Below, piece after piece: positions 49,016-60,476 of a DNA stretch of 64,000 nt; position 1 is the stretch's first letter, and each line of letters opens with the position of its first letter. Under the pieces are notes generated by a model, which searched no databases, was not told the DNA's origin, and saw only the letters and a program-made list of their open reading frames with translations. A program made the position numbers and the translations under genes. Where the stretch lies: NCBI RefSeq assembly GCF_902459465.1, contig NC_047083.1, positions 744,001-808,000 on the forward strand, written 5' to 3'. This DNA is from Asterias rubens. Lineage: Eukaryota.

Positions 49016-51444
49016 TACGATTTCTTGCAAACTAAAAGGGCTTTAAGCCAAACCAAATGTTTATATAAAACCATAGAAGTGAAAAACAGTCTTTGAAAAC
49101 AAACTTAAAAATTACAAGTTTACACAGTTGGTCCCTTAGTGGTCTACCCGTGCATTGGGTGTTACCCAAGGTCCATTCATGTCTGACTTTACCATTTTCC
49201 AAATCTGATTATTTCACCAGATGGTACTCCTCTCCCAGTTGCAAATGACTTCAGGCTAAAAGGTGTGCCTCCAAACCCACTGAATGCCAAAAACCATTTG
49301 CACCTAATCCAACAATCAAAAATGGTATCCAGGGCTGTATGCAAGGGCACCAAGGAATTTTTTCTTTGGCAAAGGGCACCCTATGAGGGAATTGTAAATT
49401 TCTACTGGAGCATTTTAAGGGCACCAAGGCAATGACAAGGGGGCATGGAGGCAATCGCCTCCGTTGCCTCCGTGAAGTATCAGGCCTGGGTATCTTTCCA
49501 AAGTGATAGCAACTTCCAAAATGTGATATTTTTTTTAAGCAAAGAAAACTTCCTTTTCCAAGAGTACACAAACCAGATAAAACCTGCATAAATGCACTTC
49601 TAAAACAAGGCCTACAATGTTCATGTGTACCAGGGGAGGATGGTCCTTCAATCTAAATAAATTTCAGGAATGTTTCCACTGGGCAATTGCTGGACAGCTG
49701 TTGAACTGCCACAAAACCTACCCAGGCGTGAGAAAAGTCACCATTGCATGATCGCATTGTATCTGGGTTCAATTTATTGGCTCTTCTTTGCTTACCATAA
49801 GCAAAGAATCAGCGCTTATGGTTAGCAGGGAGCAGAGAATGGTGATTGTAAGCTTGCACAGAATTTGGCGGTAAAGCGGAGCATGAAATCAGGCCCTGTG
49901 GTAACCTCAAATATATCCTTGTTTTTGTAAGCCAAGTTTTATTGTGCTTAGCTACTTTTTGTGCTTAAACAGCTCTGAATTTGGGCACTGGCCAGAAAAC
50001 TTAACAACCAGACAAGTCCAGTGAATAAGGAGAGATCAACTTTATAATACTATAAGTGAACCCATGGATGAACTCAAGAATTGTTTTTTAACCCTAGCTT
50101 GACACACGTGCTTGTGGGAAAGTACTCATTTTGCATCACAGGTTTTAAAGTCAATCTTTTAAGTTTCAGGAGCTATTTTGATCCTCGCAAAAAACAGCTG
50201 AGGATTTAACAAAAATACAGTGAGTCAAATAAAGACAACGACACGGTGCAAACTTCACCTTTGGTATGCTGTGCAATATAACTGCCTCCGTAGTATGTCT
50301 TATTGTGGAAGTGATCTCAAGGTTATGGTTAATGAACGACAGACGTGAAAGTGTGGTGAGGTCAGAGGTGATTCAGCCCTGAAATTGCCCTAGATCTGTT
50401 GCCCCCTTTGCTTTTAGAAAAATCTCAATACGATGTCCTCATCGTTATAGCATACACTAGTAGGCAAGGCTTGAATTTTATTTCAGTGTCGGGCCAGTAA
50501 GCTCAAGACAGGACAAGTTCAGTGGTCTTGTTTTAGGTGTGTTTTTTTTAATTTAACATCTCTATCTCAAAAGGAATGATGTTTTAATGTTGAGTTTGAG
50601 TCTCACAATTACCTTTCAATCCTGCTGAGTATCGCTTTAAACAGAAGAGAAAAATCTTCTCTTATTATGTTTAAATGGAACAATATTGAATGATGATAAG
50701 ACTTAGTTGCAATAACATAACCCTCCTCCAGACGGTGGAGACGGCGAAGTCGGCTGGAGGGTACCGTTAAATCGCACCTAGATAAAACTGTGTTCTCATT
50801 TTGACTCTAATCATTTTCATTTTGATTCTGGTCTTTTAAATCACATCCCGCATCGAGTCAGGCTAGGGTCCTTTTCATTTCCCCTCAACTTTGAGCAATG
50901 CACGTAGGCCATTTCTACCTCCATGGTAATTTGGTAGGTCTAATTACCCCTTCCTGTACAGTAGGAATTTGCGGCTCATCTACTCTTGGTTTGGTCAATA
51001 AATAAAATAATGAATAAACAAACCCTCACTGCACCAGTCACCTTAATTTGAACCCTTTGAATCTGTGAGGGTTGTAAAATTCACAGTTGAATCAAGAACT
51101 TAGAAGTAAACAACAAGTAAAACTGACTGGTAAATTGTAAATAATTTGTGCTGAACAAAGAAAACATTTCTAGAGCAGGTTTTTACATTTAATTTGGGTT
51201 GAATGAAGAAATATTACTTGAGCAGACTGAACATGCGACCTCCTCACTTTGCAAGTGCTATAGTTTGATCCTTTTCAGATCCATTTATTGGAGATATTAA
51301 ACAACACACAAATCCAACTAATCCTAAGATTAGTCCATTCACGTCTTTTGGCTTTTTGAGCTATTGTGGTCAAGGGTTCAGTGGATGTCCAAATGTAGTC
51401 ACGCGTACAATAGTGACAGATAAGAACAGGGTGTCCATATTTAA

Positions 51445-51806
51445 AGGCAGTGGACAGTACTATTGGTAATTGTCAAAGACCAGTCTTCTCACTTGGGGTG
51501 TCTCAACATATCCATAAAATAACACACCTGTAAAAATTTGAGCTCAATTGGTCATCGAAGTTGCGAGATAATAATGAAAGAAAAAAACAACTTGTGACAC
51601 GAAGTTGTGTACTTTCAGATGCTTGATTTCGAGACCTCAAATTCTCAATCTGAGGTCTCGAAATCAAATTCGCGGAAAATTACTTCTTTCTCGAAAACTA
51701 TGTCACTTCAGAGGGAGCCGTTTCTCACAATGATTTATACCATGAATTTTACCAAGTAAGGTTTTATGCTAATAATTATTTTGAGTAATTATAGTGTCCA
51801 CTGCCT
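51445..51806 (-). mobile_element. Kolobok-type MITE
   Basis: TTAA on both sides; same family. Confidence 0.8.
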
Positions 51807-52757
51807 TTAAAATAGGGTACCCTCTGGTCCTTTCTCTATGCTCTAACAATGGAGAAAGGGAATTTTCTTCCTCAATGCTCTAACCAAATTTCCTTTCTCC
51901 ATCTGTGGTCCTTTATCCATGCTCTGACTAACACTATGCTTGTGGTTAAGGGAATAAACAACAAATAAATTACACACTTCATGTTTCCATGGAGCTATAT
52001 AAACAGGAAATCCGTGGATATTAAACGTAGGTGTTGTGTTATTAGAAAAATCATGACTGAGACTGAGAGCCTGTTGAAGAAGGAGTAAATAGGGCTTGCA
52101 CCATTATCGTTCCAAAGCACCAAGTGAAATTGTTCGCCAGGTGCTGTTAAATTTAAATAATTTTTGTATCATTTTGAAGGGATGAGTGACATTAGTTTGA
52201 ACATGTTCATACACCCTGATTTCAAATTATTCGTTTACAAAATGTAAAATTTAGGCCTATCAATTTAATTGTGTAGCGTAAACTAAGATAGGTGGGATTG
52301 GTAATGGTAGGTTACTGGAGGAGGAATGGTAGGCTTGGTCAATTTGCTTATCACTTGGTCAGACATTCCATTCTTATCTTAGAAACTTGTCCAAACAACT
52401 TGGTGTGGGGTGTGGTGACACACAGACCATCACAAACCAGGAAGATATTGGATGAATCAATGATTGAGGCCACACGCTAGCCAAACTACCTAGTCCAAGA
52501 GGGTTTTTTATTGTTTGTTTGTTTATTTGTTTGTTTGTTTATTAGTTGGTGTGGGTGGGTGGGGAGGGGGAGTGGGATAGCACAGTACAGTATATTCAGG
52601 GAAGAAAATAAGGAGTCACAATGAAGCTGGCCCAAAGGTTCTATCAATATTATTTTCTTCAAAAAAGCTTTTAAACTTTCACTCCTGAGAGGTAAGTTTC
52701 TAAAATTACAGCAAAATTCAACAATTCCTTCAATTACAACTTCATCGACAACCTAAG

Positions 52758-52889
52758 GAAAAGTTTCCGTATGGCGCCACCACTTTTTCATTCGATATGA
52801 AATAATATAGTATCTAATTTACCTCAATGAGGTATCCCTTTTTTTTAAAAATGAGTGAAAAGGTGGTGGCGCCATACGGAAAGTTATCC
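52758..52889. mobile_element. Small MITE (TTCCGTATGGCGCCACCAC TIR)
   Basis: About 30-bp TIRs; a second copy begins at 63970 and runs off the window. Confidence 0.7.
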
Positions 52890-53456
52890 ATACCTAACAC
52901 CAAAATGTGAAAAAGTTGCAGTCATAAACTAATTTTTCATAAGGCTTTCCCACTGAACAGTTTTATGATAAATATATCATAATTCTTTGTCCAATTCCAG
53001 ATTTCTCATGCTCCAATATGAAAAACAAATTTCGATAGTCACAGTTACAACTTCTTCTTGTAAATTGCCATTGTTAAAAATGCATTTGCCCGGACACAAA
53101 TCATAATTTTTAAAAGCAGTGTCATTGAGAATAAGGTTAAATAAATAGTGTTATTCATCAGTCTACTCCCAAGCCATTATACCATTAACAAGACCTCCAA
53201 CTGTCTCGACACAACCTCCATGCACATGTTCAATTTACCGTGATTGTCTAAGTCAGTCAACCGTACCAACACGGCCTGCGAATTCACTAATCTCCGCTCA
53301 GCGGAGGAAATTTTCCCGGACACCAACTCGTCATCTAAAATCTTACAAATTTCACTCTTACTTCCACCGAAGATTCAGAGAAAGAAGTCTATCAAAAAAT
53401 CCACATGCATGTAGAAATTCATTGGGTGTTTAAAAATACGTATATAGGTTACTTAC

Positions 53457-53610
53457 CAGGTTCGCTTAATTATTTTCCAGCCAGAATGAAGTGGGTCTCC
53501 TTTGTGGTGACAGACGATCTCACATTATTGTGGTGTAAATTTTTCGTGCTTGAGAGTGTGCGATCTTCCAGCACCGCGAAAAATATCCATTTGAACGCAT
53601 AAAAGAAGAA
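53457..53610 (-). other. Candidate first (non-coding) exon
   Basis: CpG-richer stretch ending in CTG|GTAAGT, with no upstream acceptor. A CTCF-like motif lies just upstream. The 5' boundary is approximate. Confidence 0.45.
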
Positions 53611-53675
53611 AATAATTAATTGGACGATACTATTTATTAGTAGGGGTGTCCCAATTTGCGGGCAATCACTTTCAC

Positions 53676-53691
53676 CCACGAGAGGGCGCTA
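53676..53691 (+). promoter_or_regulatory. CTCF-like motif CCACGAGAGGGCGCTA
   Basis: Close match to the CTCF core CCASYAGRKGGCRS; lies between the Tspan-C poly(A) site and the candidate first exon. Confidence 0.5.
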
Positions 53692-53824
53692 TAGCATTTT
53701 GATGTTTTGTCACAGAAAGATAAATACAAGGTTTTATCAGATTGATAAATAATATCTATAATAATAAATGAATAATAAAAAAATAATAACAAACACATAA
53801 ATGACCAATAAATTGTGTACTGTG

Positions 53825-53830
53825 TTTATT
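53825..53830 (-). terminator. Polyadenylation signal of Tspan-C
   Basis: AATAAA followed about 25 nt later by a GU/U-rich element (TTTATGTGTTTGTTATTTTTTT), 2.2 kb downstream of the stop codon. Confidence 0.55.
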
Positions 53831-55084
53831 GAAAATAAAGTATTGCTTTATACAGTTTATGGTTTTATAACATCATATTGTAATAAAACATTACATTGTG
53901 TAAAATAATTCTTAAAATAATTTCTAATTTAAAAATTAGGAAATTGGATAAAAGCACTGTCAAGTGTGTAAGTACATGAACAAATTTACCTAAACTTGAA
54001 AATACAGGTGTATATATTATTTGTGTTTTACAGTACTCAGTTATGCCCAAAGATAAGAAATAAATGACAGATATTTACAAACTTTCAAAACTACTCATGA
54101 TGACACAAAATTTAAATATTTCTACTTAATACTGAATATGTGTAAAATAAGCAGTGCGTGTATCAGTTACTGTGGATAAATATAAAAAGGTGATACATTT
54201 TTTTTACTTGTATACCGTGATTGAGATACAAGTGTCTACCTTTCAAAAAAAAAAATTCAAACACTATATAAATATGTATCCTAATATTAAGAAGGCACTG
54301 AGGTACTGTTTGACACTTTTCAAAAATATTTTAGTTATAAACTGTTACATTTTAAGAATAAAGAATTTCCAGAATAGATACAAAAATTCAAGAGCAACCT
54401 TAGAACCTCGGGACTGCAAGGAAACTCTGGTGAAGCAACTTTGCCACACTCACCATTTCAGGCCCTCAAAAAAAAACCTTGGCACCCACAGCAATTGTCG
54501 TAGTGCCCTGTGCTTTTTCTGTTATGCCTTTGCAAAGTTTCAGTAGTAATTTATTTATATTTTCCTCATCGAAGTGCCGTTACCAGAGGAGCATTGCTGC
54601 GCCCCGTCAAAAGCAAAGTTGAAGGCATGTCATTAACGGATAAGAACCAAAAGCAATAGACCCTTCCCATGAAATATGTAAATTGCACTCAGCGCGTGCG
54701 CACTAACGTTTTGGTTGGCAAAATGAGGGAACATCGCGCTGTTTTGTACACGACTAATGGCTGCGTGACGCAGATGCGATTGCGCGTCTGCTCAGTGCAC
54801 AACTCTATGGCGTTTGCCAACCAACAGGGTCACATGTGTGGCCAATTAACTCACTTAATACCTCAGAAGCAGCTTGAATAAACACATATTTTAAAAAAGG
54901 CTCTGGAATATTCATTTAAAAGGACAGCATAATTAAGAGACAAATATTCATTTCAAGAATCTTTTTATGATAGTTTCTAGAAACTGCTATTCTTTGGTAG
55001 AACAATATTTTTAACTAGATAAGCAGTTTCTAAATTTCTTGGTGTCAAATTACTTATAGAAAATTTTTTTTCAGAAGAATTCAG

Positions 55085-55323
55085 GGCCCAATTTCATAGA
55101 GCTGCTAAGCACAAAAATGTGCTTAGCATGAAATTTCTTCCTTGATAAAAACAAGATTACCTGCCAAATTTCCAAGTGATTTTCAGGATAAGCAAACAAC
55201 AGCTGAATACCAGTAACAAGCAATATGTAACAAATGGAAATTTAGTTGATAATCCTGTTTTATGAAGGAAGATGTTTCATGCTAAGCAAATTTTGGTGCT
55301 AAGCAGCTCTATAAAATTGGGCC
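55085..55323. mobile_element. Harbinger-type MITE (239 bp) in the predicted Tspan-C 3' UTR
   Basis: Same family as 6818-7056, flanked by CAG/CTG. Other copies lie at about 12510-12724 and 28050-28250. Confidence 0.75.
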
Positions 55324-55587
55324 CTGGTGCCTTCACAACAGGCATGATGTTTGGCAGTTGGAAACTGTAGGAAAATGATAATGAGTGCAGTGGCTGATAT
55401 ATATATGGTAGCTTTGATTGCTTTTCACTTTCCAGCTATTGAATGACAAACTTGATGTTTTTTCTGGGGTAAAACAAAAAGGGTAATCCTTTCTCATTTC
55501 TGCTTCTCAAACACTGATAAACATTGAGTCATCACCTCCGTACACATTTTGGCACTTTCACAAATAACAAGAAACTGATGTTGGAAC

Positions 55588-55960
55588 CAGAATTGTTCGG
55601 TTCTTACCATACTCGCATCTAGCCGAAATAATTTGTTTCTTAACATATCCACATTCAAGCAGGTATTGTTCGGTTCTTAACGTATCCACATCCAGCAGAA
55701 ATAATGCTGTTTCTTTAACATATCCACATCCAGCAGCCTGTATTGCTTGGTTCTTAACGTATCCACATCTACATGTAGAAGGTATTGTTTGGTTCTTAAC
55801 ATATCCAAATCCAGCAGGTATTGTTTGGTTCTTCACATAGCCACATCTAGCACTAGCAGGTACTGTTTAATTGTAAACACATCCAAATCTTGCAGGTATT
55901 GTTTGGTTCTTAATAACATAACCGCATCCGGCAGTAATAGTTTGTTTCTCCAGCAGGTGT
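55588..55960. repeat. Degenerate 36-bp tandem array behind the Tspan-C stop codon
   Basis: Minus-strand consensus GCTGGATGTGGATATGTTAAGAACCAAACAATACCT, about 9-10 units. Confidence 0.85.
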
Positions 55961-56012
55961 TGTTCGGCTCTGAAGCTAGTCCTATAGTTTCTTTAGGTAA
56001 AGATAGATTATT

Positions 56013-59000
56013 TCACCGCCTCCTCTTGTGTCTTTTCTCCCAGTCAGGATCCCCTTGTAATCGGTTCATCAATTTCTTCTCTTCATAACGGACGGGTCCA
56101 AGACGCCGAAAGAGCACAGCTAAAGCCACGACTGTCATCAACTGCAAAAAAAAAGAATTTTCAAAGTTACAATTATTTTAATTAACTTATCTTGTACACG
56201 ATACAGGTGTTTGAACCTGCACTAAAATTCTCCATTAACAGTTATCCGCCAGCCCAAAGCAAGATAAAACACCTAAGGCCAAGTCGAACGTTTAATTGGG
56301 CCTACGCTTGCACTCATGGTGCCCCGTAAAATAGGCATCCAGACAAAGAGCACCCAATCCTCTCTCATTCTTCAATGATCCTGTGTAACTGTCATCACGT
56401 CAAAATACTTGCATTTTGACACACACAGCGTATTAAAAGAATCATTAAAGTACCCAAAAGCGTGCATGCAAAGTAGTCACCCTTGGGAGTCAATCGGCAA
56501 TAGACCAATCCATTAGGCTCTGCCCACAACGCATGTGTGAGCAAGAACACGTGAGCCTCTCCAATGAATTTCTGTACAAATCTGCTGCGCACGCCAACCA
56601 TACGCACACGCATGTCGGACTTTGTCGGATCTTTGTTGCATTGTGATTGGTCAATACGCAATGGGGCAGAGCTTAATGGATCGGTCTATTGATTTGACTG
56701 GCACATCCCTACCAGGGGTTGGTGACGCAAGGTATTGATACAGCCTGCTGCCAAGGGTGGGTTAAGGGCAGAGGAAGGAAGTGAAATGGAGAATGGAAGC
56801 TACTGAACTTACCTCCGCTAAAAACAGAGCAGCACAAGCAATAGCAAGTATTTTTGTGAAGAGTTCCAACCACTTGTATAACAACTCGCTGCAGTTCTGT
56901 AAAGTAAGACGGTAATAAGCATTTTTTATATTTAAAGGCAGTGGACACTACTGGTAATTACTCAAAATATTTATTAGCATAAAACCTCACTTGGTAACGA
57001 GTAGTGGGGAGAGGTTGGTAGTATAAAACATTGTGAGAAACGGCTCCCTCTGAAGTGCCATAGTTTTCGAGAAAGAAGTAATTTTCCATGAATTTGATTA
57101 CGAGACCTCAGATTTAGAACTTGAGGTCTCGAAATCAACCATCTAAACGCACAAAACTTTGTGTGACAAGGGTGTTTTTTCTTTCATTATTATCTCGCAA
57201 GTTCGAAGACCGATTGAGCTCAAATTTTCACAGGCTTGTTATTTTATGCATATGTTGAGATACACCAACTGTGAAGGCTAGTCTTGGACAATTACCAATA
57301 GTGTCCACTGCCTTTAAATAAACACAACTTGCTACAGCGTTGGTGATTTTAAGAACTGGAAACAAATATCTGAAGGCTTGACTCGTATAAAGTATAGTTT
57401 TAGGATAACAAAAAAAATATTTTATACAAGGTCAGACTTGAACTGATGCCACAATCCCCTGAAGTGAAAAGGCAAGGCAGGGCCACCGACAGGGCACACT
57501 TTCACAGGGCTGCTTAAGCACAAAAACTAGCTAAGCATAAAACATATTGGTTACTAGAGTAAGGTTACCAGGCCAATACTGCTCCACATGTACAGTAAGT
57601 GACTGGTTTCCGGCAAAATTTTGCTTAGCAAAAAATTATTCAACACATGTTTCTACTTAAGCAGCTCTATGAACTTGGGTCATGGGCCCAACTTCATACA
57701 TGTAGCTGTTTAAGCATGAAAAGTAGCCAAGCACAACAAAAAGTATGCTTACAATTAAAGTTACCAGCCAAACTATCATTCGATGTGTACAATCTCTGAC
57801 TGGTATCCTGCTCATTTCTGATTAGCAACAAGCAATTTTTTCTGCTTAAACAGCTCTAAGATATCAGGGGTTGATTTCACAAAGAGTTAGGACTAGTCCT
57901 AACTTAGGACTAGTCCTAGGAGATATACAAATTGCATGGATATGTACTAAGTTAGGACGATGTAAATGGTCGACACTCGAGATAAAGACTAGTCCCAACT
58001 CTTTGTGAAATCCATCCCAGGACTCGGTTGGTTTGTTTACCTGACTATGCATGTACTTATTGGGATAGGTCGTCAAATCACGGTCCGAGCAAAGACTTAA
58101 GTTCATTGGCATCGGCGCGTTCATGTTATTGGACGTCATCGTACAGCAGGACGGTGGAATGGTCGGGACGTCCCTGTCCCTAAAATGTGACAACCCTTCA
58201 ATACGATGCCATTCGCTTGTTATCCACTCTGTGTATGACAGGCTTCCACAACACTCAAACTAAAAAACAAATTATCAAATGGTTAAAGTGAAGGTTTACG
58301 CTTTGTAATCACTCATCAATGGCAATAAGAACGTTTGGTAAGAATCCTACAGCAGCTTTCGATAGTATAAAGCATTTTGAGTAACATTTCATTTTGAAGT
58401 AATGTGGTTTTGGAAAAAGATGTCAATTTTCATGCCACAAATTTTGAATCTGAGAATTGTGACTGTCAGTAACATTTCTCTGAATTCGTATTCCTATTAG
58501 GGATTATGCTTCCTGCGTGGTGATATTTGCTCCAAAGTTTTTGAGCGATATCTCAAAAACACGACCGTCTTTTGAAAGGAAAAACATTCCACCATAATCA
58601 GAGTCCAACAGTTTGTGTGTGGAGTTTGTGAATAGTGTTGGGTTTTGTTTCAGTGAGAGAGGGTCCTAGTAAGAAGTACCTGAATCTGAACGGAATCGAT
58701 GCTTTTGGTCAGTTCTTCAAACCCGTACAATCCATACTCCTCCTTAACATTCGTCAGAAGACTACTGGCAATATTTCCCTGCAGCTGCATCAAGATTTGA
58801 AAACAACAAAAAATACAACAAAATAGTAAGTCCAAGTCTCGACACTCAGGGGTGACAGATCTTGTTCTTCAGCTGTGCCACGCATCTGCAACAATCTACA
58901 ACTTAATCTAAGATCCTGTCTTTGTAATACAAAATTCATCTCTTCTCAAAACTTATCTTATGTCATAGGTTTTCAAGAAGTAATTTTGTTGTGTCTGGTG

Positions 59001-60476
59001 TTTTTTGTGTGTTTCTACTGCGCCTTGAACACCCATCAGGGTGGATATGTGCGGATTACAGGTCTATTTAATAATTACTACTATTATTATTAATTGGCCT
59101 AGACTATTGATTTAAATAGTGTGATTTGTTCTTACCTGAAAATAAAATATGAAATTGAAAATACCGCCTCCAATTGTGAGAACAAACGCCACGATGATGA
59201 GACTGAAATACTGAAAATACCAAAGAAAAATAGAAAACATCAATCAGACCAGTAAGTATAAAGTTTTTTTGAGGCATAAATCTGGACTTTTTGGATTACA
59301 AATTACCAGAGTAAAGTGGTATTATTTCTCATCCATGGGGAATACAGTCCAGGGGAAGCCCCAGGAGTCGTATATCCTCCAGTAAAGCCCAGTTCATACT
59401 TCATGCGAATCGAATTTGACATGAATTTGACGTAACAACTCTCCTTTCACAGCGATATTCGCAAGTGAGTTGCCCAGAGGTGAACTGCTGCGAATTATTC
59501 GTTGCGAATTTGTGACGTCAACATTCGCTTTGCATTCGCAGAAAGTATGAGCTGGGCGCTGGGCTTAACCCCCCACGCACTTTCAAACTGTCCCCGTCTA
59601 CAATAGGGACCTATTCCTTGATGGGGTTCCGGCTGCACATACCCCAGAGTTTTACCGCTTACCAGAGCAGGGGATGCTATCCCTGGGGGTAGCCCATTTG
59701 CCAGGGCAACCTGGGGGGAAGTGTGAAAAGGGTTAGGGTAAGGGTTAGGGTTAGGGTTAGGGTTAGGGTTAGGGTTAGGGTTAGGGTTAGGGTTAGGGTT
59801 AGGGTTAGGGTTAGGGTCAACTCACCCACAGTAGGGTACATCTGTGCATGGAACACAGTCCACACACGCCAATAAAAGCAATCAACAGTACGATGATGCC
59901 CACTCCTGCTGGCACAATGTTACACACGTAGTAGAATATGCCGACAATGTGAAGAGCGCCCTCTCTGGCTGGGTGTTGCCAGATTGTGATAAAGATCCAA
60001 ACGCTGACCCCGATAGCAGCTGAAGCAATGATCTGAAATGTCCAATTCAATTCAATTCAATCAATTAATCCCAAATAAAAATAATGAATATAATGATCAA
60101 TTTTTGTATAGCGCAATCACAGAGAAGTCTCATGCGCTTTGAGATGAAAACAAAAGAGAAGTAAAAGTTAATAAAGATGTGAAGTAATTACAAAAGCAAA
60201 ATTTAGTTGATACAGCAAGAAATACTAACTGCTGATTTCACAATGACTAAAACAAGTATTTTCACCTAGTGATTTGCGCAATTTGTTTAACAACCAATGT
60301 TTGTTTGAGAGAGATTGGCTGTTGTCAGCTTGGTATTTATATCCCCTTGGTGTTCCCTTGAGGGGAAGATCATATAAACAAACAAATAAACCTACCATGA
60401 GTACGAGGTTGAAGAAATGGGCGCAGCACTTTGCACGAGTGACACCTTTATATCGCTTATCGATCCCGGATGCCAT
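56013..60476 (-). CDS. Tetraspanin C (divergent), complete, ~299 aa; complement(join(56013..56141,56813..56896,58041..58259,58680..58784,59136..59210,59826..60032,60396..60476))
   Basis: Seven phase-0 exons with GT-AG ends: MASGIDKRYKGVTRAKCCAHFFNLVLM|IIASAAIGVSVW...AFIGVCGLCSMHRCTLLW|YFSLIIVAF...FYFQ|LQGNIAS...IDSVQIQ|FECCGSLSYTEWITSEW...IPPSCC...LC...HSQ|NCSELL...FLAE|LMTVVALAVLFRRL...KRHKRRR*. The 75-nt and 84-nt exons match Tspan-B. Exon 4 has an alternative acceptor 6 nt downstream (exon top at 58778). Confidence 0.93.
56936..57313 (+). mobile_element. Kolobok-type MITE (378 bp) in a Tspan-C intron
   Basis: TTAA on both sides; TIR AGGCAGTGGACAC. Confidence 0.82.
57867..58017. mobile_element. 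Palindromic MITE (GATTTCACAAAGAG TIR, TAGGACTAG-rich)
   Basis: GGGTTGATTTCACAAAGAG...CTCTTTGTGAAATCCATCC. Copies lie at 47698-47842 and, partially, 12727-12775. Confidence 0.7.
59387..59557. mobile_element. Small MITE (GCCCAGTTCATACTT TIR)
   Basis: GCCCAGTTCATACTT...AAGTATGAGCTGGGC. Confidence 0.65.
59733..59816 (+). repeat. Interstitial telomeric tract (TTAGGG)14
   Basis: TTAGGG, TAAGGG, then 12 perfect TTAGGG. Confidence 0.97.

Noticed and set aside
50718-50785. Helitron 3' end (GC hairpin followed by CTAG)
   Set aside because: The stem is imperfect, it appears only once in the window, and no matching 5' TC end was identified.
56640-56712. TAG|GGATGT as the Tspan-C GC exon
   Set aside because: In-frame TAA after 11 codons; the real exon is 56813-56896 (NC..., 84 nt).
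59733-59816. True chromosome end
   Set aside because: Only 84 bp long and embedded in an intron, with exons on both sides.
59677-59865. Poly(LT) ORF
   Set aside because: It is a translation of (CCCTAA)n read through a splice donor.
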